From the NCBI RefSeq assembly GCF_009914755.1, contig NC_060925.1: a DNA stretch of 64,000 nt; one strand, given 5' to 3'. This stretch comes from the human T2T-CHM13v2.0 reference genome, Homo sapiens. Shown here piece by piece: positions 1 through 12,333 of the stretch (the stretch's first letter is position 1; the number at the start of each line of letters is the position of its first letter). The translations under genes were made by a program, and so were the position numbers. The notes under the pieces were generated by a model. It saw only the letters and a list, made by a program, of their open reading frames with translations, ran no database searches and had not been told where the DNA came from.

Positions 1-380
1 TTCTTGGCAGTGGGCGCTTCTTGGATAAGGCCAACAGGAGGGACCTAAGAACATGGGAAAGACACAAAGACCCAGTGCAGGGGCCTCATTGACTCTGGGC
101 TTTCAGGACAGAGAGAGGAAAGTCAAGTCATCTTCAGCCTGTTGAGAAAAGCCTTCCCTTGCAACATGAAGTCTCTTGGGCTGAAAGAGCCTAAGGGGGA
201 GCCCACAGGAAAGGTAATCAAGGGACTGCAAGCCAGGAGGCATGGAGAGGGATAAAATGACCCTCTGAAGTTCTCCTGAGTCCTCCTGCTTCCTTGCAAA
301 TGGTAGCAAGTGGTCCCTGAACATCCACATCCCCACCTCCCCACAGCTCCCGAGACCCAGCCCACTATCCGACGGCTCAC

Positions 381-405
381 CTGCCCAGGCCACAGACCGC
401 ACCAT
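381..405 (-). CDS. CHIT1: Chitotriosidase-1, coding part of exon 1 (start of signal peptide, MVRSVAWA-G, phase-1 intron follows)
   Basis: Minus strand reads ATGGTGCGGTCTGTGGCCTGGGCAG|GTGAGC: 25 coding nt matching the known CHIT1 N-terminus MVRSVAWAG, followed by a consensus splice donor at 380-375. Positions 1-380 are intron 1. Confidence 0.92.
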
Positions 406-800
406 GATGCAGCTCAGCGGCAGGCTGCAGCCCATACAAACCAGCTTTCCAGGTCCTGCTCTGCTTTTATCTGGCCACCCTGTCCCACCCCAGCCAGGAG
501 TGTTGCAATCAGGGGCACTGGGTGGGGGGGATGGGAGCAGGGTGGGGAGGGGTAAGATGTCAAGCAGCATGAATTGGGCAAACTTGACACAATGGCCTTT
601 AGCAATTCTTGCTTTTCTGGAACAATCAGAGGGTGACTCTTAGTGTTGCCAAACAGAGGAAAGCGGGAAGTGGCCCTGAACCTCCTGATGGATGAGCATG
701 ACCCTGACTTTCTTTGTGTAGTTGGTGAGGACCATAAGCAGCCCCAGACTTAATAGGGCTTTGGAGGAAGAGAAATGACTCACGAGTCAGGCAGCTGGGT
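406..800 (-). promoter_or_regulatory. CHIT1: CHIT1 5' UTR and proximal promoter
   Basis: TATA-like ATAAAA on - strand at 470-465, C/EBP-like TGTTGCAAT 501-509, G-rich tract 512-552, PU.1/ETS-like AAAGCGGGAAGTG 660-672, AP-1 TGACTCA 776-782. This motif set fits a macrophage gene. Confidence 0.75.
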
Positions 801-1015
801 TCCAGACCAGCTCTCTTGCTTCTCCACTGCCCTCTCTCAAACTGTTTCTCCATCTAGAAGATAATGGGGTTGCAAATATAATTTACTTTTCATGATAGTA
901 ATAGTTGCATATCCATTGATGGAGAAAAATAGATAATGATAAATAGTGACTATAAGTTTGGTAATGGCTTGAAATGCCTATGTTTCTTATGAAGAATAAT
1001 AATGGTGGACATTTG

Positions 1016-1786
<771 letters not shown>

Positions 1787-1959
1787 GGACCCAAGTGGGC
1801 ACATATTACTGTAATGTCTGCAGACAATGTCTGGTGTATGCATGAACTCCAGGGTCCCTGAGAAAGCTCTGCAGTTTCTAGGGGATCCAGTCTTTGGCCG
1901 GTGGGCTTAACATGAATGGCCTAGATGGCCACGTGGGAATATTGGGTGCGGCAGGCTGT

Positions 1960-2070
1960 GGAGTTAGGTTCCTGAGTTTGAATTCCTCCTCTGCCATTTA
2001 CTATCTGTGTAAACTGAAGTGAGTTCCTTAATTTCCCTGAACTCCAGTTTCTTCATCTGTAAAGGGGAAT
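1960..2070 (+). mobile_element. MIR fragment
   Basis: MIR core: CTCTGCCATTTACT...CAGTTTCTTCATCTGTAAA. Confidence 0.7.
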
Positions 2071-2594
2071 CCTCAGAGGACTGTTGGGAACGCACTCCAT
2101 GGTGGCTGCTATTATTCCTGGTTCTGCCAAGTGCTGCCACTTCTGCTGGTCTAGGGGTGTCAGAGGGCTCTAGTAACCTCTTCGAGGCCCCTGAGAGTGT
2201 TGGACCTCAGCACTCAGATGGACCAGCCCTAAGTCCTCCCTTTCCCTGCTGCAGTCATGGCTTCTGTTTCTGCTGTGGTCAGCCCTTTCTCTTGGGGATC
2301 CTGCAAAAGAGCCTGTTCAGGGTCACCTGAGATGTGCAGAGGTGCCTCAGCTCCTTGGTGGTGGGGGAGTGAGAGTGGGATGCAGGAGTGAGGACTGGGA
2401 GGTCCTGAGCCTCGGGGAGGAGAGGCTTCTCTGGAGAGTTAGGGGCCACCTTATCTCGCCCCCGCCTCCATATACACAACTGACCTGTCAGTTTCATGAA
2501 TTTCTCGCTATGCCTCATGTCCCCAGGAGGACATGCACTGCAGTGCCCAGAATCTGAGTTTCTCCAAACACTGCCCCATCCCCTATTGTCTTTA

Positions 2595-3175
2595 GGTTTT
2601 CTAGAAAAACAGATCAAAAATAATAACAGAGTTTGGTAATATGGCTGGATTTAAGGTGAATGTACAAAAATGAATAGCTTTTCTCTACATTAGCAATAAC
2701 CAATTAGAAATAGAAGTGAAGGAAATGTCTGATTCACAGAAGTGTCAAAATCTATAAAATATTTATAAATAAATTTAATAACAATAATAAGTTTAATAGT
2801 AGAATCTATAAAACTTACCCACAGGATATAAATTTGCAATAGGATCTGAACATGTTCTTGCACGGGAAAACAATATCATAACAAATGTCAATTTTTGTCA
2901 ACTAAAATACAAAACCAGTAATGATGGTGACACACTATACAAAACTTATTATAATTCCATTGGGATTAAAATAGCATGGAATTGCCACCAGGACAGACAA
3001 ACAGAGGTAGGTCTGAGCATATATGGAGAGGGTGTGTGCAATGAAGGTAGCAGTTCAAATGAATAAGAAAAAGATGTTTTATAAATGCCAATGACTTAAT
3101 TGTCTACCAATCTGGAAAGAATCAAAGTTAGGCCCCTCACACCATATACAGCAGAAATGACACGTGGTAAATGAA
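2595..3175 (+). mobile_element. Ancient L1 (L1ME-like) ORF2 fragment
   Basis: A-rich sequence with degenerate L1 ORF2 motifs such as AATAGCTTTTCTCTACATTAGCAATAACCAATTAGAAA. Confidence 0.6.
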
Positions 3176-4249
3176 GGTGGGCACAGGGAGCAAAGGAGCT
3201 CAAGGAGAAACACCAGCCAGGGTGGGGTGGGAAAGCCAGTGGAGTGATGCTTGAACAGAGCTTTGAGAATAAGTAGGTTGCTGGACAAAGAGAGAAAGGG
3301 AAGGAAGTTATAACAAACACACCAGATGTTCACTGATGGAGCCTCTCAGTGAGGAAACTGCCCACGATACATGCAGGGACAGTGGGACATCATTAAAAAC
3401 TCTGTGTCCTGTCGGTTGAGAACCACTGGTTGAGGTAGGCAGGTGGGGGTGATCTCTGCTGAGGGGCTCTGTGTAAAAGGGCACTGGACATGGCTGGAGG
3501 GAGAGGAGAGAGATACAATGCCTTGCCAGCCTGGATTTATTTTACAGTATGCCTCAGTCTAGTAGGGCACATCCTGGGCTCACCTGATGGCCAGACCTGA
3601 ATTGCAAGATTTCAAGGAATAAGTCCCTGCCTGGAGGCTGAGACCTGGGAGCAGAAGGCAGGCCCATGTCCACCAAAGCTGGGGAGGAGCCTTCCCCAGG
3701 GACTGACCCAGAGTTCCCACCTAAGTAGGCAGGTCCCAGCCACCAGTACAGATTGCCCATGTGTAGAACTGAGAGGTCTCTGATGCCTTCAGCAAACTTC
3801 AATTAACAGCCCACCACACCTTTGCTCCTAAATTGTGTCCCTCCTGGGGCTGCCCTCCCTGGCCCTCAAGTCCTACAGAGATCACTCTGAGTTAAGCCTT
3901 GCCTCTTCCACAGTCAATGTACTCCATACTACCTTCTGCTATCTTGGAACAACTCCTTCCATCCAGAATAGGAAAGAACCCTGGCTTGGAGACAGACAGA
4001 ACTGGGTGTATCTCAATGGATATCACCAATAAATTACTTTCATAGATTTTATACTCTCCTTTCCAGCCCCATTGGCTTCTCCCACCCCTTTCTCAGCCAC
4101 TGCCAAAGCCCAAACCAAGTAAAACCAGTGTGCTTGATATAAAATGAGGCTTCAAAGCAAGTCCCCGTCCCACCCTACTGCAGAGCAGATGCCTGTATAG
4201 AAATTCTAAAGCTTCTGCTGATTTGCATCCAACCTGGCTGGCTGAGCTG

Positions 4250-4345
4250 GGGCTAGTCACAGCCTCTCCAAGCCTTGGTTTTCTCATCTGTAAAATGGGG
4301 ATAATACTACCTATCTTATTTGGTAATGATGTGGATCGAATAGAT
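4250..4345 (+). mobile_element. MIR fragment
   Basis: MIR core TTTTCTCATCTGTAAAATGGGGATAATA. Confidence 0.75.
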
Positions 4346-4569
4346 AATGTGTGAGAGGGCTTTGTAGGTGGGAGGACGCCAGCCAGATCTCATGGGACTG
4401 CATCTTGATGGTTGGTATCACACCTTTTTCTCTTGCTTCATGTGAGCATCTCATCTCTGTAGCTGGACTGTCCATAGCCAGGCAGAGTGGGGCCTCTCTC
4501 CACACCTCTCTATGTGTCCCTCAGCGCCAAGCATACAGGGGGCCTTCAATTAATGTTTGTTAACTGTTC

Positions 4570-4925
4570 CTTCCCACGTCCCACCGTGTTCTTCCCCTTA
4601 GCAGTAAAAGACATCACCACCTATCCGGGTCTCCAAGTCACCCAGGAAGTGTCCTTGATCCTTCCCTTTCCTCACCCTCAATGATCAGGACCTATTAGAC
4701 ATCCTGCCTCCTGCTCCATCTCCTCCACCTCCTAACCACCGTCAACTCCCACCCTGTCCCCAGAAGAGCCTCCTACCTGCCTTCCTTCCTAATTCTCTTG
4801 CCTCTGCAATCCATTCTCCACACAGCAGCCAGAGTACACTTTGAGAAACTTAAATCAGATCCTGTTGCTTTCCTGCTAAGACCTTGCAATGGTTCCCACT
4901 TAAAATAAAATATCAACTCCTTAAC
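4570..4925 (+). mobile_element. L2 fragment (left flank of the ERV remnant)
   Basis: L2 motif CAATCCATTCTCCACACAGCAGCCAGAG...AATCAGATC. Confidence 0.75.
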
Positions 4926-4975
4926 TCTACCTCTAGAACACTCTAACTCTATTCTTTCATTAGGACAATGTTCTT

Positions 4976-5331
4976 TCAAAGGACACCTTCTTGGCAGGGA
5001 AGATAATTTATCACTGGACATAACTAAATTAAAAAAACAAATTTTTGAAGCCTCTCAGGCTCACTTATCCATTGTGCCTGGAGCTGAGGCGTTAGATCAG
5101 GTGGCAGAAAATCTTTATGGACTAAACCCCACGACTTTGATTAAGTCTATTGGAGGCCCCACTCTAGTAAATTTTGGAATTATGTTTCTCTGTTTAACCA
5201 GCTTGTCTTTAGTGTGTCAGACAAGTCAAAGAATCCTGCATCAAAATCGAGAGAATGAACAAGCCTTCATCGCCATGGCACATTTATATAAAAAGAAAGG
5301 GAGAGATGTTGCGGGAAGTCAGGGACCCTGA
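4976..5331 (+). pseudogene. HERV-K11 (HML-8) env transmembrane C-terminal remnant with polypurine tract
   Basis: Stop-free frame 4978-5331 (KGHLLGREDNLSLDITKLKKQIFEASQAHLSIVPGAEALDQVA...KKKGRDV) resembles HERV-K Env TM ([33 protein letters not shown]). PPT AAAAAGAAAGGGAGAGA at 5290-5306. Confidence 0.88.
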
Positions 5332-6367
5332 ACGGAGGGACTGGCTGAAGCCATGGCAGAAGAACATAAATTGTGAAAATTTCATGGACATTTATTAGTT
5401 CCTCAAATTAATACTTTTATAATTTCTTACGCCTGTCTTTACTGCAATCTCTGAACATAAATTGTGAAGATTTCATGGACATTTATCACTTCCCCAATCA
5501 ATATTCTTGTGATTTCCTATGCCTGTCTTTACTTTAATCTCTTAATCCCGCCATCTTTGTAAACTGAGGATGTATGTTGCCTCAGGACTCCGTGAGGATT
5601 GCGTTAACTGCATAAATTGTTTAAACAATATGAAATCTGGGCACCTTGAAAAAAGAACAGGATAACAGCGATGTTCAGGGAACAAGGGAGATAACCATTA
5701 GGTCTGGCTGCCTGACAGCCAGGTGGGACAGAGCTATATTTCTCTTCTTTCAAAAGCAAATAGGAGAAATATCGCTGAATTCTTTTTCTCAGCAAGGAAC
5801 ATCCCTGAGAAAGAGAATGCATTCCTAGGGGGAGGTCTCTAAAATGGCCGCTCTGGGGACATCTGTCTTTTACTGTTGTAGATAAGGGATGAAATAAGCC
5901 CCAGTCTCCCGTAGCACTCCCAGGCTTATTAGGATGAGGAAATTCCTGCTTAATAAATTTTGGTCAGACCGCTTGTCTGCTCTCAAACCCTGTCTCCTGA
6001 TAAGATGTCATCAATGACAATGCATGCCCGAAACTTCATTAGCAATTTTAATTTCGCCCCGGTCCTGTGATCTCGCCCTGCCTCCATTTGCCTTGTAATA
6101 TTTTATTACCTTGTGAAGCATGTGATCTTTGTGACCCACACCCTATTCATACACTCCCTCCCCTTTCGAAAATCACTAATAAAAACTTGCTGGTTTTGCA
6201 GCTTGGGGGGCATCATGGAACCTGCTGACATGTGATGTCTCCCCCGGACACCCAGCTTTAAAATTTCTCTCTTTTGTACTCTTTCCCTTTATTTCTCAGA
6301 CCGACTGACACTTAGGAAAAATAGAAAAGGGCCCACGTTGAATATTCAGGGGCGGGTTCTCCTGATA
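5307..6367 (+). mobile_element. MER11 LTR (3' LTR of HERV-K11), full length, about 1.06 kb
   Basis: Starts TGTTGCGGGAAGTCAGGGACCC directly after the PPT, has AATAAA at 6178-6183, ends GGGGCGGGTTCTCCTGATA. Confidence 0.9.
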
Positions 6368-6718
6368 CCTTTGCACCTGCCATTGCCTCTGCCCACAATG
6401 TTCTTCTCTGTGATCTTCACACAGCTGGCTCCTTCTCCTCATTCATGCTTTTCCTGACCACTCATAGAAAGTAGTGCCCTCCCCTCAAGTCACTCTCTGT
6501 TCTCTCCTGATGATTTATTTTCTCCTAAGTACTTTCATGGCTGAATTCATTCATTCATTCATTCATTTGTATGTAGTGTCTGTTTCCTACCACTAGAATG
6601 TAAGCTTCATGAGAGGAGGGACTTTTCTTGTTTAGTCCTCTTTGTCTAGTACCCAGAATATTTCCCAGCACATAGTAGGTGCTTAATCCATATCTATTGA
6701 ATTAATTAATTAATTAAT
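6368..6718 (+). mobile_element. L2 3' end
   Basis: CTAGAATGTAAGCTTCATGAGAGGAGGGAC...GCACATAGTAGGTGCTTAAT, ending in short tandem repeats. Confidence 0.8.
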
Positions 6719-6747
6719 GTGACCTCTCTGCATGATCTGGCCCACTA

Positions 6748-7813
6748 TGATATTGTGATATAAGAAATGTATATTTGGTCTTTGTCCCCAATTTCTGGCA
6801 CGGAGCTCCTAAAACCCTTAAAATTTCTTGAGAAATAGGGGTTCTAGGTGCATCTCTTGTTCTAATGTTTAGCCTTTGACCCTAGTTTTGACACAGAACT
6901 CCTAAGCCCTTGGAACTTCCTGGGTACTAGGAGCATCTTTTGTTCCAAAGAGGTGCCTCTTTGTGGGCATCTGGAGGGGGGTTGGTCACCAGAAAGACCA
7001 AGCCATGATGAGAAGTTTGGAACCTTCAGCTCCACCCCCCATCCTCTGGGAAGGGGAGTGGGGCTGAAGACCACGTAATCATGCTTATGTGGGGAAGCCT
7101 GCATAAAAGTCCATTAACTAGGCTGGGTGCAGTGGCTTATGCCTGAAATCCCAGCACTTTGGGGTGCAGAGGCAGGAGGATTTCTTGAGTTCAGGAGTTT
7201 GAGACCAGCCTGAACAACCTTGACCTCCTGAACAACTAGGTCTCAACCTAGTGAGACCCCCTTTCTACAGACAAACAAACAAACAAACAAACAAACAAAA
7301 TCCATGATCCATGGGGTTTAAAGAGCTTCAAGGCTACTGAACACATGGAGAGAGGAGAGCAGCTCCAAGCCCCTTCCCATCTTCCTCGCACTATGCATCT
7401 CTTCCATCTGGCTGCTCCTCTGTATCCTTTGTAATATCCTTTAAATCAATGGGTCAATGTAAGTAAGTGTTTTTGTGAGTTCTGTGAGCTGCTCTAGCAG
7501 AGGAAGAGCAGAGGAAGGGCGTCATGGGAACCCCAGTTTTTAGCTGCTTGATTGAAGCACAGCTCACCACCTGGGACTTGTGATTGGCCTCTGAAGTGGG
7601 GGCAGCCTTGTGGGACTGAGCCCTCAGCCTGTAGATCTGACTCACTCCAGATGGATAGTGTCAGAATGGAATTAAATTATAGGATACCCTGTTGGTGTCT
7701 GCTGGAGAGTTGTTTGGGTGTGGAGAGAAATCCCCACACCTCTGGTCTCAGAAATGAAGTATGGAGAGTGAGTGTGAGAATAGTAGAATACAGTCAGTTT
7801 GTGTGTTTTTCCA
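6748..7813 (+). mobile_element. MER21-family LTR inserted in L2
   Basis: TGATATTGTGA...TATATTTGGTCTTTG...GAGCTCCTAAAACCCTT start. L2 sequence (GCATGATCTGGCCC / GCCTACCTCTC) resumes on both sides. Confidence 0.75.
7121..7300 (+). mobile_element. FLAM/Alu monomer with (AAAC)n tail and an internal 29-bp insertion
   Basis: Alu left-monomer sequence, CAAA tail, nested in MER21. Confidence 0.85.
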
Positions 7814-7819
7814 TTAGGC

Positions 7820-8275
7820 CACCCGCCTACCTCTCAGCCTTGTGCTGGTCACGCCACCCTGAGCACCCCAGTTCTATTTCATGAACGTGAGTGTGTCAAG
7901 CCTTTTCCAATCTCAGGGTCTTGGCACAGCACCCTTTGCCTGGGATGTGTTCTCCTTCTCATTCTCATCCTCCAGGGCTGGTCTCTGCTGTCACCTCCTG
8001 AAGAGGCTTCCCTATATCTGCGTATTTCTCCATGGCAGGGCAGTTCTGCTACTCTCTCCTGAAAAGGTGTTTATTTTTCCTCCCCAGACCTTATCCTAAT
8101 TTGCAATTACATATTTATTTTGTGAGCTTACGTATTTAATGTCTGTAACTCTCTCTAGACTGGAAGCCCCAAGAGCAGTGACCGTGTCTCTTTGTTCATT
8201 GCTGTGCACCAAAAACCAGGTGCCTGTATAAAGAACTGACCTCAATAGACATCTGTTGAATGAGTTGATTATTGA
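7820..8275 (+). mobile_element. L2 3' end
   Basis: CTAGACTGGAAGCCCCAAGAGCAGTGACCGTGTCT...CTCAATAGACATCTGTTGAATGA. Confidence 0.7.
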
Positions 8276-10169
8276 ATACTATTCCTTCAACATCCCTTGT
8301 AACTCAACGTCAAGTGCTTAGTAAGAAGCTGGTTGATGTGAGAAGTGCAAACCACCCCTTAAGACCTCTTAATGTATTAGCAGAAGCTATGCTCCCCATA
8401 TTGCAGTGGAAGAAAGAGAAGCCAGGGAATTTGCAAGCCTTCCAGAGCTAAAGTGGAGGTTTCCAGGTTCTTCCCTTTCCATTTGGTTATCTTTGGACAG
8501 GCCTGGCTCCCAGGCAGAGGTGGAGCTAGTGGCTGCAGGCTGGTGTGGGCTTCAGTCATGGTGAAACTCATATCCTGGAGTCAGGGCACTCTCTGGGGAC
8601 AGAAAGCACCTTGAATCCTCTCTGGCCACGTGGATTCTGGCCTTGCATGTCTAAACATCAGCCTGTTTCCTGTTTCCAGTGGACCATATCCCAGTGGTAG
8701 TTGTTTCTTTCACCATTAACAGGTTTGAGCCTGAAGCAGTTGGCATGTAGTGGGCAGTAGAACTAGAAGGGGAGAGTCAGGCCTAGGTCATGATATGGGC
8801 CAGGACTGGAAGTACAACCCATTCAGACCCCTACACCTCTCCCTGACCTGCTGTCTTCAGATACCTGACATTCTGCATGGACTCCTTCCCTCCTCCCCAC
8901 CTCCTTCTCTCTGTCTCACCCCCTTTCTCTCTGTCCCTCTCTTTTTTCTCTCCTTTCTTTATTTCTACACATAATTATTGTTGTACAATAATAATGTCCC
9001 ATTGCAGCATTTCTTAAAATAGCATAAACCTAAAACTGCCTTAAGTGTCACCAACTGGAGCCTGAAATTCCATACGTCATTAAAATGAAACAAAAATGTC
9101 CTCAATATATTGTTAAAGGAAAAAAGCAAGGTGTACCCATTTCGTGTGGCAGATTGAGCACAGGTATTTATCTCCACTCTCTCCTGAAATCCCTTGAAAT
9201 CACAGTTAAAGGAATAAAATGGTATAAATCTACTAGGACAAAGCAAACAGAAGAGGAAATTAAAATAGATAAGAGATGCCAACAAATGTTTGGAAGGTGA
9301 AAACAGAATGAACAGGTGAAACTGTTTGTGACAACAGAATGAACAGGTGAAACAGGCTTCACAGACCTGAAAAAGCTGAAACCTTGGTCTTTCATGTGGG
9401 GCCTCTTTCCTCAAATGTCTGGTGATCAGGCTGCAGGTGGGGAAGCCCACAGGAAAAAAGAGAACTCAGGCCAAAGGACCCTGAAAATGTGCAGGAGTCA
9501 GCAGAAAGTTGCCAAGTGGGCTAAAGCTGACAACAGTAAGTGTGGGTGACCTGTTGGACCCCTGGATCTTCTTCATCCCCATTAAATATGGGGATGGTCC
9601 AGAGGGACTGAAGACTCAGTAATACCTGGCCCAGCAGAGGATGGTGTGGGGGCTGTAGTGGGTGGGGAGGGTGTTAGACTGAAGACTGAGAAGAAGGACT
9701 GAGGAATTAAATGAAAGTCTGTACATGGGATGCTCAGAACTTCCAGGCTTTCCCCCCGCTAGGCTCCCAGAGCCCCAGTAAGAGGACTGAAAAATTCCTC
9801 TCAAGGAAAAGCTGGCCAGCCTAAGAGAAAAGTTACCAAAACTCAGACTACCAAACTCAAATGACATTTGAGGGCCCCCAGCAGAACAGCCAGGTTCTTC
9901 TCCATCACCCGAAGGTGGGGACCTTGGATAAGAAGCCCACCAAGCCTCTAGAGCTTCCAGTGGGCTTCTGTTGACTCATATGGAACCAAAAGCCTGGTGA
10001 CTAGACATTCGAGGAAAGAGTCCCCACAGGAAAGACCAAAATAAAAAAAGAAGGAACTCAGAGAAATCAGAGTGGGCAGCTCCCAGCGATTCTGACTTTC
10101 TAACCTCAAACGACTATATTCTGCCCATTAACAATGCATTACTTTCATTCTTAAAAATTACTTTATGAT

Positions 10170-10325
10170 AATCAATGGGCATAAAATTTCAGTCAAGCAA
10201 GATGAATAAGCTCTAGAGATCTGCTGGACCACACTGTCCCTACAGTCAGCTATATTGCATTGTATACTTCAAAATTTAACAGGGTAAATCTCATGTTAAG
10301 TGTTTACCACAAGTAAATAAAAAAT
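10170..10325 (+). mobile_element. L1MA/MB 3' end fragment
   Basis: GATGAATAAGCTCTAGAGATCTGCTG...AATCTCATGTTAAGTGTTTACCACAA followed by an A-rich end. Confidence 0.75.
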
Positions 10326-11474
10326 TTTAATATGCTGATTCATTGCACACTTTCTAGGTAACAGGTGCTTGCCAGGCACTGGGGACCCTGAGATGAATTC
10401 ACAGTCCCTGTCCCAGTGGGGTTTATAGCCTGCAGCGTTAAGCATTGCTTTTGGCTGGAGTGATTTCTCAAAAGGCAAATCCCCTGAGCGGTGCAACCCT
10501 CTGAGTTATTTACACCTCAGCCTGTTTTCACCAGGAGGAAGAATTTTTGGTCTCCACCATGGGCCCTGCAGTTTTTCTTATCTTCCCCCACATTTTTTGA
10601 AGCTGAGACTCCTCATCACTCAAGGTTTTAAACATGCCAAGGCAGGGGGCTTTAGCTTGGGGCCTTGGGCCAGGGCCTGCTGGTCCCTGTGAGGTGGGTT
10701 CTACCTGGCCTCTGGGGACCCAGGCAGGGAGGACAGGTCTAAGAAAAGACCCTTGTGGGGGCATCTTGGCCCTAGGTTTTCTCAACCCCCACTCAAGGAC
10801 TGTGCCCAGGGTTCTATTTCTGGGCTTCCACCCACTCCCTGCCTGCTGACTAAATGACTCTAAGTAATCTGTTTCCTCTCCCATGGGTTCCCCAAGATCA
10901 TCATGGGATGTACTATCACAGGGTCTGAACTGGGCTGGGCGGGGCTGGGCCTGACGGGACACGCTACACATTGTGTCCTTGTGTACTTGTGTACTTGTTT
11001 ACTCTAACATCTAGGTATTTGAGGGTTCTTCTTTTAAAAATTAGCATTGTCAAAGCTTTGTCTGTTTCATTCATCTTTTAAAGGAAAAAGATCATATATT
11101 TACTAAAGGATTCTATAACTTTTAATAAACTGGCAGAAATACTTAAATGGTGACAGTGATGAATTGCTTGAGAGTTAAAAACTCCTGGGTGCCCAGTCTG
11201 AAAGAGAGACACACAGTTTTGTGGATTTTACCTCTAGAAGTCCACCAAGTTCTCATGTTGAAGACTGGAAAAAAATATCCTCATGTTACCTGCAAGAGGG
11301 AGGGGGAAAGTAATATCTTAAAATATTCCCAGAGCATCTTGTATAACAAAGGCTTGCCCTCCAAGGGAAATTACTTTACCGGAGCCTTATCTTACCTGGG
11401 GAAAAATCCACTAGCCCTGTAGCCATCCTGTATCATGTAAGGATAGAAAACACAAAGGTTAAGAAATTATTTTG

Positions 11475-11634
11475 TAATGCTAAATGACGAGTTAATGGGT
11501 GCAGCACACCAGCATGGCACATGTATACATATGTAACTAACCTGCACATTGTGCACATGTACCCTAAAACTTAAAGTATAATTAAAAAAAAAAAGAAAGA
11601 AAGAAATGCAGGCAATCTAAAAAAAAAAAAAAAA
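11475..11634 (+). mobile_element. 5'-truncated L1PA3 3' end with two poly(A) tracts (3' transduction)
   Basis: GCTAAATGACGAGTTAATGGG...CACATTGTG...AAAGTATAAT; TSD AAG(A/C)AATTATTTTG at 11461-11474 / 11635-11648. Confidence 0.88.
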
Positions 11635-11716
11635 AAGCAATTATTTTGAAAGTCATGGCCCAGGGACTCAGGTCCAGTAAAATACTGAGATTTAATCATA
11701 AGATTATAGAACTCTC

Positions 11717-12011
<295 letters not shown>

Positions 12012-12333
12012 TTATAGAACTCTTGCCCTCTCCAACAACTTACCACTACATCAACAAGGCTCCAGCATAATAACTGTATACAAATTCAGAAAGCTGCAAA
12101 ACACAGATCTTATTTTTTAAAGAAATACTAAACAATGTAGAACCAGTTTATAGAAAATTAAGTTGGAAGTGTCATTTCTCAGCCTTATCTTCCGTTACCT
12201 CCCTGTATCATCTGCACTGTTAGCCACTCTTGTCTCAGCAGAAGGTCTTCCCTTGTCTTTCATGACTTCATATTCTCACCCTGGCTGTTTCTCCTCAGAT
12301 ATCACTTTAGGCTGCGTTTCTTTTTACAGTCTC

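Noticed and set aside
103-570. 155-aa minus-strand ORF spanning CHIT1 exon 1
   Set aside because: Only 381-405 is real coding sequence; the rest is promoter, UTR and intron read in frame.
5362-5535. About 90-bp tandem duplication inside MER11
   Set aside because: As I recall it is a feature of the MER11 consensus, not specific to this locus.
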